Of a stretch of 64,000 nt of DNA, positions 20,419 through 28,743 are shown piece by piece. The first letter of the stretch is position 1, and each line of letters starts with the position of its first letter. The notes beneath the pieces are model-generated. The model saw only the letters and a program-made list of their open reading frames with translations. It searched no databases and was not told where the DNA came from. Source of the stretch: Alphaproteobacteria bacterium. Lineage in GTDB: Bacteria; Pseudomonadota; Alphaproteobacteria; Paracaedibacterales; VGCI01. Both the position numbers and the translations under genes were made by a program. The stretch covers positions 4,657 through 68,656 of the forward strand of contig VGEY01000003.1 of NCBI GenBank assembly GCA_016869075.1, given 5' to 3'.

Positions 20419-21653
20419 GAACTACTTTTGCGGGATTCGCTTTGGCACATCACGCAAATAAGAGCCAACGCTGCTAAAAAGGTGAAGAGCGCTCCCCCGT
20501 AAAAGCATCCTTGAATTTTATAGAGGTCTGCTAAATAGCCTGCGATTATGTTGCCAATCATTGCAGCACCGCCAATACAAAAATAATAGAGTGCAAAAGC
20601 TGTACCACGTAAATCGGCGGGTGCCTCATCTGCAATCATTGCTGACAACAGACCTTGAGTCATTCCCATGTGTAATCCGACAACCATAACACCCACTAAA
20701 GTGCCCCACCAGGTATTGGTGCTAATGAGGATAAAATTAGCGAAGAGTAACACTGCTAATCCTACAAGAAGGAGGCTTTTACGATTTACTCTATCAGCAA
20801 GGCGACCCATGGGATAAGCAACCGCGGCATGAACCAGGTCATAGGCCACAAAAAGCAAGGGCAACATTGCAATTTGCCACCCTGTGGATTTAGCTTGCAG
20901 ATTTAAAAATGCCTCACTAAAGCGAGCAAGCATCAAAATAGAGGTGACGCCCAGAAGAAGCCAAAAGCGGTAGGATAAATATTTTATATCCTTGATACTC
21001 CATTTGAGTGTTCGCTTTGGTATTTCATGTTGAATTTTAGGTTGGCGAATAAAGTAAAGTAAGATCAGCAATGCTAAAATGCCTGGAATGGTTGCTAATA
21101 AAAAAACGGTTCTATAGTTATTGTTGGTGGCCACCATTAAGCCTGTTGCCAAAAGAGATCCAAATACAACGCCCAAGGGATAAAGAGTTTGACGTATACC
21201 GTAGCTTGTGCCGTGCGATTGTTTGGTGGAAATATCTGCAATAAGTGCGTCAGTAGGTGAAGATCGAATTCCTTTACTAAGGCGGTCGACACATTTAGCA
21301 AAAAAGACAAGATTATAACTGGTTGCGGCTGCAAATAAAAATTTAACAATAATTGTGAAAAGGCTTCCTATAACAATCATGGGCTTGCGGGTACGGAAGA
21401 CGTCACTTAAGACTCCAGCAATTATTTTAGAAGCAAACATGAGAGCTATCGCAACACCTTCTAAGATGCCTAATTTGGTATGAGACGCATGAAGGACTTC
21501 AGTTAAAAAAGTTGGTAAAAGGGATGCGACCATAATGGTGCCTGTGCTCCAGAAAAAGCTCATCCATCCAACTGCCCAAAGGGCATAATCATTTTGAAGG
21601 GTGGGTTGAAAAGGAGAATGAAGATAGGCTTGGGCTTGGTTGTGTTTTGCCAT
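20415..21653 (-). CDS. MFS transporter, substrate unknown
   Basis: GVLSD...RKP, DRLSKGIRSSPTDALIAD, LARFSEAFL, GRLADR, GLHMGMTQG; ATG 21653 has GAGG upstream (track start 21731). Confidence 0.88.
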   Translation of the reverse strand: MAKHNQAQAYLHSPFQPTLQNDYALWAVGWMSFFWSTGTIMVASLLPTFLTEVLHASHTKLGILEGVAIALMFASKIIAGVLSDVFRTRKPMIVIGSLFTIIVKFLFAAATSYNLVFFAKCVDRLSKGIRSSPTDALIADISTKQSHGTSYGIRQTLYPLGVVFGSLLATGLMVATNNNYRTVFLLATIPGILALLILLYFIRQPKIQHEIPKRTLKWSIKDIKYLSYRFWLLLGVTSILMLARFSEAFLNLQAKSTGWQIAMLPLLFVAYDLVHAAVAYPMGRLADRVNRKSLLLVGLAVLLFANFILISTNTWWGTLVGVMVVGLHMGMTQGLLSAMIADEAPADLRGTAFALYYFCIGGAAMIGNIIAGYLADLYKIQGCFYGGALFTFLAALALICVMCQSESRKSSS

Positions 21654-21882
21654 TTGGCCTCTTGTTTGTGTTAAAAAAGTGTTAACGACAGAAGTTACTT
21701 TATATCTACCGTTCTTTTGAGGGAAAAGCAATCTTTTGCATAATTTTTAGGGGAGTAAAAGCTCTTAGATCATTGATTTCTGCAGATCTTGGCGTAACAC
21801 TTTGTAACATTCTATTATTTGTAGTTGCTGGGTATCTAGGCCATCCTATATGTAGGTAATAACTTTTAGAGAGTATTATGTA

Positions 21883-22818
21883 GTGCAATCGGTTGGTGTA
21901 GTTTCTAAGAACGTAAAGACCATCCCTCTTGCGGGGCTACAGCTGACACAGCCATTGGATTCTATTGCTTTCCAAAAAACAATTTCAAAACCCGTTTCTT
22001 GCACGGGCGTAGGTGTTCATTCTAATAAGCCAGCTACACTTACTTTACGGCCTGCTTCTGCAGGTTCTGGATATATTTTTGTCCGTACTGATGTACCGAA
22101 GTCTTCTCAGCGTATTCCTGCGCGCTGGGATACAGTAACAGACACAGTCATGTGTACAAAAATTACCAACGAAGTTGGTGTTTCCATTTCAACAATTGAA
22201 CATGTAATTGCTGCTCTTGCGGGATGTGGTGTTTTTAACGCCCTTATAGAAGTAGATGGTCCCGAAGTTCCCATCATGGATGGAAGCTCTTCCGAGTTTG
22301 TTGATCTTATTCACCAGGCCTGTGTGCATCAATTGAGCAAACCTACTCGTAAAATAAAGATATTAAAGCCCATTGAAGTTAAATCTGGCACTTCCAGCGC
22401 TGCCTTTAAACCAGCCAACGAAACTAAGTACATGATGAAGTTTAATGCCAATGGACGTCTTAATAATCAAGAGTGGTCTCTTACATTTTATCCGGAACAA
22501 GACGACTTTTGTAATCTACTTTCTTCGGCTCGTACCTTTGGATTTTATGAGGATGCGCAACATCTTTGGTCCCAAGGTATGGCTCAAGGAGCATCCCTTG
22601 AAAACACTATTGTTATTAAAGATGGACAGGTAATGAATGAAGAGGGCTTGCGTTTTTCAGATGAGTTTATTCGCCATAAGATGTTAGATGCTATTGGTGA
22701 CCTTGCTCTTGCAGGTGCGCCTCTCGTTGGTCACTTCGTTGGCGTCAATTCTGGACATGCCTTAAACAACCAACTGTTGCGGGCTTTCTTTTCTGACAAA
22801 ACCGCTTGGTCTTATTAA
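21883..22818 (+). CDS. lpxC: UDP-3-O-acyl-N-acetylglucosamine deacetylase
   Basis: QKTI, GVGVHS, TIEHVIAAL, EVPIMDGSS, ARTFGF, RHKMLDAIGDL, GHALN. Confidence 0.96.
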   Translation: MQSVGVVSKNVKTIPLAGLQLTQPLDSIAFQKTISKPVSCTGVGVHSNKPATLTLRPASAGSGYIFVRTDVPKSSQRIPARWDTVTDTVMCTKITNEVGVSISTIEHVIAALAGCGVFNALIEVDGPEVPIMDGSSSEFVDLIHQACVHQLSKPTRKIKILKPIEVKSGTSSAAFKPANETKYMMKFNANGRLNNQEWSLTFYPEQDDFCNLLSSARTFGFYEDAQHLWSQGMAQGASLENTIVIKDGQVMNEEGLRFSDEFIRHKMLDAIGDLALAGAPLVGHFVGVNSGHALNNQLLRAFFSDKTAWSY

Positions 22819-22848
22819 CTTTATCAAAAATGTAAGGATTATAAGAGG

Positions 22849-23115
22849 CTATCCCTCTAATTTGGTTGAGTAGTTCTCTTTATACCACCGCATGATTCCA
22901 TATACACTGATGGCACCCCAAGCAATTTCAATAATAACTGATGTCAAATTCCACGTGTTTAATAAAGAAAACAGAATTAGGAATGTGCCAACAAGATTGA
23001 TAACTGAATAAGCGAGTCCGGTTGCAGACATTTTTTGTGCCTGGAGAAGAAAATATGTAACTAGGATTGAAATAGCTCCAATGATGCCTATTATGTCGTG
23101 CAATTCTATAATCAT
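22849..23115 (-). CDS. Small three-helix membrane protein (CBU_0592-like)
   Basis: DIIGIIG...YFLLQ...YSVINLVG...FSL...NLTSVIIEIAW..IS.YG pattern. Confidence 0.75.
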   Translation of the reverse strand: MIIELHDIIGIIGAISILVTYFLLQAQKMSATGLAYSVINLVGTFLILFSLLNTWNLTSVIIEIAWGAISVYGIMRWYKENYSTKLEG

Positions 23116-23296
23116 ATTTTTATCTATTAATATTTATCATTAAAAAATAATTTATTCTCTCAATTCTTGTTAATATACCAGAATACTTGTCAGCTGGCAA
23201 ATTTCTTTTGTTTGGCTTCTTTGTCAATAAGCTGATGAATGTTCCTTTATGTCCATGGAGGAGTTTTAGAATGAGACTTCACGAAAGATAAATAGT

Positions 23297-24691
23297 TTAT
23301 TTAGTTCCGGTGTAAGGATGAGCTGACAGCTCTTTCAGGAGCCAATCAAATTGTTCACGTAAAATAGAAAGAGTTGCTTCCCAATTATAGTCTCCTACAG
23401 ATATATATCCTTTTGCTCTTCTGCTATCATGGTTAATTTTAATTCTATCTTGTAATACAGGCTGGCGTCTCACAAGCTCTTTTGGAAGATCAGAAAGAAA
23501 TCTATAAGCAAATTCTATGCTATCTATTTCCTCGAATTCATTAAATCCCATATCCCCCTTGATGGCTGCGGTGAGGACGAAAGTAAGATAGTTCTCTGCT
23601 GTACTTTCAAAAGAGAGGGGAGGCGCCGCCTGAAAAAACCGACTTGTGGTACTTTTGACAATTTCTTGTTTTGGCAGGTTTGATTCATGTATCACATTAA
23701 ATCCTGTATCAATCACAAGACCGTGCCTGAGGGCCTCTCCTTTTTGTGTATAAAGGGAAGCTAATTCTAAAATTCTTGCAGAAATATAACTCAAAACAAG
23801 TGCATGTCGATTCAGATGTTCAGGAGTCTCTCCAGCAGCTCCCTTACATAAAGTTGAGAAATGCCCTTCATCATGACACCATGCTAAATAAGGGGACTCA
23901 AAAACACGCCCATGACCAGGAAAGTAATTCTTTTGGAGGCCAAATAACACAATCCCTTTAGAGAGTGCATAGAAAAAATCTTCTTTATCGAACGTGCTGC
24001 TCTCTAACAAAACGAGCGGATAAAGATGATTTTCAAAGACACCCTCTTTCTCGCTTGTATCTTCAAAGCCACTCATAGCCCTCAGACGGGCATTCATCTC
24101 TTTCAATTTCTTCTTTTTATCAGCGGAGGCTGTAGTTTCTTCTGGAGTGAGCAAATATTTTTTTGCTTTTTTTCCTGCATTGCAAATAAGCGGATATTTA
24201 TCAGCACACATGGTCTCTACAGCAACTGTATTCAAAGACTTAGGTGATAAAAATAAAGAACAAAGAATGCCTAATTTTCGAATGTGCGTATAGACGGATC
24301 CTGCTTTTGTTCGATTCAATACGATGCGGGTATAAATATTCACAATGGCGCGCTGATCTTCACTAAGAGCTGCGAGCTCTACAAGAGTGGCCAAATTTGA
24401 AAGAGCGGTAAATGCGCGACATCTATCAAAAAACGGATGCAATGGTTTGTAATAAGGGTCATCTTGAAGAACTTTTTCAATTTTATTTCTCATTTCTTGA
24501 AGATTGAGTTCTGGGTTGGTGACATGCATGTCGATTCTTGTGCGTGTTGTAATTAATTTGGCAGTTACCAACGAGGAGGCGCTAGCAGCATCTTCGACAT
24601 TCTTAAGATCAGCACTGTGAGTCGCAACACTGTTCAGGAAAGAGGCAAAAAGGAAAGGAAGTACTTTTGACATAAAATGGTAGGATCGCAT
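23297..24691 (-). CDS. Hypothetical exported protein with HG / HDxxH / HE motifs
   Basis: 464-aa ORF; signal-like N-terminus (alternative start 24673); GHG...SP..AWCHDEGH...FNVIHE. Confidence 0.75.
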   Translation of the reverse strand: MRSYHFMSKVLPFLFASFLNSVATHSADLKNVEDAASASSLVTAKLITTRTRIDMHVTNPELNLQEMRNKIEKVLQDDPYYKPLHPFFDRCRAFTALSNLATLVELAALSEDQRAIVNIYTRIVLNRTKAGSVYTHIRKLGILCSLFLSPKSLNTVAVETMCADKYPLICNAGKKAKKYLLTPEETTASADKKKKLKEMNARLRAMSGFEDTSEKEGVFENHLYPLVLLESSTFDKEDFFYALSKGIVLFGLQKNYFPGHGRVFESPYLAWCHDEGHFSTLCKGAAGETPEHLNRHALVLSYISARILELASLYTQKGEALRHGLVIDTGFNVIHESNLPKQEIVKSTTSRFFQAAPPLSFESTAENYLTFVLTAAIKGDMGFNEFEEIDSIEFAYRFLSDLPKELVRRQPVLQDRIKINHDSRRAKGYISVGDYNWEATLSILREQFDWLLKELSAHPYTGTK

Positions 24692-24889
24692 GGTTTATTA
24701 ACTCTAACTACTATCATGTTTTCTAAACTTGGAGATATAAAGTGTTGCTAAGTATATAGGTATTCTTTTTTTTAAAACAAGGGATATATGAAGTATGATA
24801 GGTGATTTTAAGAGAGCGAGGAAACTTATATTAGTGCATCATTTTATAAAAAAAGACGACCAAAAACCACATTCTTTTGTGAGGTCGAT

Positions 24890-25756
24890 TTAGCTATCTT
24901 CTTTCTTATGCGGTGACGGTTCAGGCTGTGCGGGCTTTTCAGGAAGCATCGTGGTGGCAAGTTCAAACCATTCAGAAGCAAATTCTGCAGTCCTGAATTC
25001 TCCACCTTGGCAGGGGGAACCCCTTGTCCAATGGATGAGCGCTGGTTTTACTAAAGGAGGAGAATACGTTACCAAGTAATTCCATTCTGCCGGCAATTCT
25101 CCAATTTCATCTTCCGACAGTAACCACTTAAATTGGTGTAAATCTACGTAAGGAGCGTTTTTAACATAATCTGGGGTGAGTTTTTTGCACTTTTTGTTAT
25201 TAAGTAACATCACACTAGACCAATTAAATTTAGTGTAGATTGGAGATTTTCGATCAAGGTTTGTATGTTCTGGATGGTCACGGCCGAAATCTGAATGCTT
25301 CACAACCATGACAGTATATTTATCATCTCGTAAGGCCCATAAGTTTGCTATATCTTCCTTTAACATCATATCAGCAGCATCGCAAAAAAGGGACCATTCC
25401 TTATACTGACTCAGATGGGGCACTAAAAAACGTGAGCGCCCAAAGGGGGACATTTGTTTTGGATCCCATCCGGTGGGGTGAGAACTACCTGCTGGCAGCC
25501 AGCCATTTTTCTCATAAATTTTTTCATTTAAAATAGTAACTTCAATGGGCTTTGAGGCATGTTTATAAACGCTCTCTACAAAGGCATACGTACCGATGGT
25601 GGGTTGACGCTCGTCATAACCTGCAAAAATTTTTATAGGGGATTCTTCTATAGAGTCGCCCGCCTTTAGGGATGGTATGCAGAAGGAAATAAATAGAATT
25701 AAGAAGGCCAAAAAACCACTTTTAAAGAAATTAACTTTATGGACTCTTCTAAGCAT
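24890..25756 (-). CDS. GT-A fold glycosyltransferase (GT8-like/CDI-like) with signal peptide
   Basis: IFAGYDER, SRFLVPHL, WSLFCD, DIANLW, VMVVKH, NWSSVML, LHQFKWL, IGELPAEWNYLV, IHWTRGSP; GGAGG RBS before ATG 25756 (track start 25801). Confidence 0.88.
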   Translation of the reverse strand: MLRRVHKVNFFKSGFLAFLILFISFCIPSLKAGDSIEESPIKIFAGYDERQPTIGTYAFVESVYKHASKPIEVTILNEKIYEKNGWLPAGSSHPTGWDPKQMSPFGRSRFLVPHLSQYKEWSLFCDAADMMLKEDIANLWALRDDKYTVMVVKHSDFGRDHPEHTNLDRKSPIYTKFNWSSVMLLNNKKCKKLTPDYVKNAPYVDLHQFKWLLSEDEIGELPAEWNYLVTYSPPLVKPALIHWTRGSPCQGGEFRTAEFASEWFELATTMLPEKPAQPEPSPHKKEDS

Positions 25757-25920
25757 CGTTTCCTCCATAGTATGTCTTGCTAGCGGTTCAGATTTTCGCA
25801 TAAACCCCCATGAAAGCGCAAGTGAAATGAAAAGGTGCGGTCTTTAAGAAAGTCTTAAAGTGTAGGGGTGTATGCTGATCTTAAGAAATGTTTGCATTTG
25901 ATGAATGAGGAGAAACTTAC

Positions 25921-27378
25921 ATGAAAACGAAATTATTTTTTTGGATCATCACAGCGTTGATAGGAACAGGTGTGATCTGTGGTGCAAGCGAGGCAATGGA
26001 TAAGCGGAATATTACTAATTCGAAATCGAGTTCTTCTTATGTTAAGCCGAAAAAAACATCTGAAATGCGTTCTATAGATGAAAAAAAGACAAATTTACCA
26101 CGTGAGGTTTCTGTAAATGGAGTCAAGTGGCAAACTGACTATAAGGCAACTGAACAGGGATATACATCCTATTATCCTCCTAATACTGGAAGTATGTTAA
26201 AAAAAGTAACAAATCATTTAACGGTCGATGGATGGAGTGAAGAACATCAAGCCCTCCTCTTCCACATCACTATTTTAGAAAAACCCACTCAGGAGCAAGG
26301 AGTGGCGGGCAAGTTTCTTATGCAAGGAGAAAAGTTAGGGCATGCTCATACAATTAGCTACCTATATAAAGATGGGCAGGATTTCATTACCCATAAAGAC
26401 TCGGGAGATATCATTAAACTTGATGGCGATATACACGACTCTGCAACCGATAAATTGGCACGAGATTTTATAAAAGGTCTAAAGAACACCTATGAGTTTA
26501 AAAATATGAACATAAAAGATGTTAAGACAAGCATTCGGCTTCAAAACGAGAATCAAAGATATAAAGAAAGAATAGGGCAAAGCAAAAGTGAGTCTAGCAG
26601 GAGCAGTGATCGAGGAGGCAGTCGTTCAGATTCTAGATACGGTGACAGAAGAGATAGCAGAAAGGATCTATACGATCGGGATAGCAAACGAGAGGATGAG
26701 AAAGATAAGTATCGGAGGAAAGACAGCCAAGGTTATCGAGGTGATGACAGACAAGATCGAAAAAAACACGAGAGTACAGAGAGTTCAAGTGGCGAACACG
26801 AAAGAGATCGGGATCGCAAGCATAATCCAGAACGGAACAGAAAAGAAAATCGTGATCGTCAGAAAGAGAAACTTCGTGATCAAAGGTCAACAAATGATGA
26901 TACAAGAAGCACATCTGATCATAAAGACAAGGATAGAAAACGTGATCGGAAAGCTGGAGGGACCGAAAAGAGTGATTTAGAGAAGGATCAGAAACGTCGG
27001 GAAATAAAGAAAGGTCAGTCGAGTGATAGTTCTAAAGGAAAAAGGGAGCAATCTCCGACTTCTAAAATAGAAACTGAGGGACTAATAATAATTGAGCCAC
27101 AAACTGATCAGAAGCCGCTCCTATCCAAAAAACAAGGGTTGCAACACGGGGGTAGGCCCACGACTGGCGGATTAATCCCATACACGTCACAACCCACACC
27201 TCAAAATCAGAATCAGGGTGGACTCCAACAGCCCCAAAAAATATTGACAGAAGAAGAGAAGAGAGCAGCCCGAATAGAAGGATGGAGAAAAATGAAGGAG
27301 CAGAAAGCTCAGGAATCTCAAACCACACAAAAATCATCCGATGAGAAATCTATGGAATTCTCAGAGGAAAAAAGGTAG
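25921..27378 (+). CDS. Exported protein with long Arg/Asp/Lys/Glu/Ser low-complexity region
   Basis: GAGGAG RBS; signal peptide ending SEA|MD; about 180-aa globular-looking region, then RD/RS/KD-rich tract and Gln-rich tail. Confidence 0.85.
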   Translation: MKTKLFFWIITALIGTGVICGASEAMDKRNITNSKSSSSYVKPKKTSEMRSIDEKKTNLPREVSVNGVKWQTDYKATEQGYTSYYPPNTGSMLKKVTNHLTVDGWSEEHQALLFHITILEKPTQEQGVAGKFLMQGEKLGHAHTISYLYKDGQDFITHKDSGDIIKLDGDIHDSATDKLARDFIKGLKNTYEFKNMNIKDVKTSIRLQNENQRYKERIGQSKSESSRSSDRGGSRSDSRYGDRRDSRKDLYDRDSKREDEKDKYRRKDSQGYRGDDRQDRKKHESTESSSGEHERDRDRKHNPERNRKENRDRQKEKLRDQRSTNDDTRSTSDHKDKDRKRDRKAGGTEKSDLEKDQKRREIKKGQSSDSSKGKREQSPTSKIETEGLIIIEPQTDQKPLLSKKQGLQHGGRPTTGGLIPYTSQPTPQNQNQGGLQQPQKILTEEEKRAARIEGWRKMKEQKAQESQTTQKSSDEKSMEFSEEKR

Positions 27379-27391
27379 GGGGTATACAAAG

Positions 27392-27410
27392 AGAGGAAAA
27401 TTTATCCTCT
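27392..27410 (+). terminator. Probable intrinsic terminator
   Basis: agagga-aaattta-tcctct followed by tgttgt, 13 bp after the stop at 27378. Confidence 0.4.
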
Positions 27411-27705
27411 TGTTGTGCATATAAAATTAAGGTCTTTCCACTATTTGTAACTCTATACCGGTCTTATATCTTTTTCTTTCGCATACTAATAAATAATTGC
27501 GCACCCGTACCTAATCACTCTACGTAGGTATACTTTACGAATAAACTTGAACTCCAAGCAGGCGTATTTTCTTTAAGTAAGGCTGGGTGGCAAGTTCTTT
27601 GTTTTGACTCCCCTGAATTTATGCCACCCACCTGATGATACTGAAAGAGAATTGCTCTCTATATTAAATTTGGAACTTAAACTTATCAAATGAATGGAGT
27701 GGGTT

Positions 27706-28650
27706 ATGAAGCATCGAGCGTTTGGAATTATTTTTGGAATTATCGTTCTGTTTTTAGGGCGAGTGCCTGTTACAACAGCGTGTTGTTGGCCAGGGGGATA
27801 TGATGTCTTTGAGGAAGAATTGAGTTATCAACCGGCACCTACCTCGCGCGCACTGAGCAAAAAACTTCCTCCGCTTAAACATTATTCTGTCGATGTAACG
27901 ACCTACGCAAATGGAAGAACAACTGACAGTCGTCTTGTTGACTCGCCTCTCGTATCAATGTCGACACCTATTCATATTGGCGCCCTTATCGGCCATGATG
28001 ATCGAACAAGAGTTAAAGCGCCTCACACTCAAGGAAAGTGGAGACCCCATGGTCTTCTCCACATTGATTTTGGAAAAGGTCGAGGAGGCACTGGCAGTGG
28101 AACGATGATTCATCCGCACCATGTTTTAACAGCTGGTCATTGTGTTCATGATGATGAATTGGGTTGGGCTCGTAGTCTTACCTTTTCTGCTGCACAAGAG
28201 GGAGATAGCACTCCTTTTGGGAAAGCAAATGTTGTAGAAATCTACACCGTTAAAGAATGGGTTAAAAAGAAAAATCCTGAATGGGATCTTGCTCTTCTTG
28301 TTCTAGACAGAGATCTTGGGTTTCAAACTGGATGGCAGGGCCTTCTAAGCGCATCAGATAAACTCTTGAGTACACTTTCTATGACAGTATCAGGATATCC
28401 TGGAGATAAAGGCACAAAGTATTTATACACAATGTCTGGGCGGCTGAAAGCTTATAATGATGAGCGTTTTACTTATCTTATGGACACTAATAAAGGACAG
28501 AGTGGTGCCTCTGTCTGGACGACTTTGACTGATAATAAAAACTATTGTTGTGGCATTCATACAAATGGTCAAACTGATGTGGAAAATACAGCAACAAGAA
28601 TCAGTGGGACGAAGTTTGATCTTCTCACGGAATGGATGAAAAAGTCGTGA
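27706..28650 (+). CDS. Trypsin-fold serine protease, V8/glutamyl endopeptidase-like, pre-pro form
   Basis: LIGHDDR mature start, GSGTMI, VLTAGHC (His), DLALL (Asp), GYPGDK, DTNKGQSGA (Ser), GIH; GGAG before ATG 27706 (track start 27694). Confidence 0.92.
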   Translation: MKHRAFGIIFGIIVLFLGRVPVTTACCWPGGYDVFEEELSYQPAPTSRALSKKLPPLKHYSVDVTTYANGRTTDSRLVDSPLVSMSTPIHIGALIGHDDRTRVKAPHTQGKWRPHGLLHIDFGKGRGGTGSGTMIHPHHVLTAGHCVHDDELGWARSLTFSAAQEGDSTPFGKANVVEIYTVKEWVKKKNPEWDLALLVLDRDLGFQTGWQGLLSASDKLLSTLSMTVSGYPGDKGTKYLYTMSGRLKAYNDERFTYLMDTNKGQSGASVWTTLTDNKNYCCGIHTNGQTDVENTATRISGTKFDLLTEWMKKS

Positions 28651-28743
28651 GAATTGTGCCTCACAGTGCTCAGGACTCTCGTGCTGTGGGGCATTCATAG
28701 AAAAAAATGATGAAATTAAAATTTTTAAATGTGGAGATTAAAA

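Noticed and set aside
26588-27337. Alternative-frame and antisense ORFs inside the mixed-charge gene
   Set aside because: Expected by-products of purine-rich low-complexity coding sequence; no RBS or motifs.
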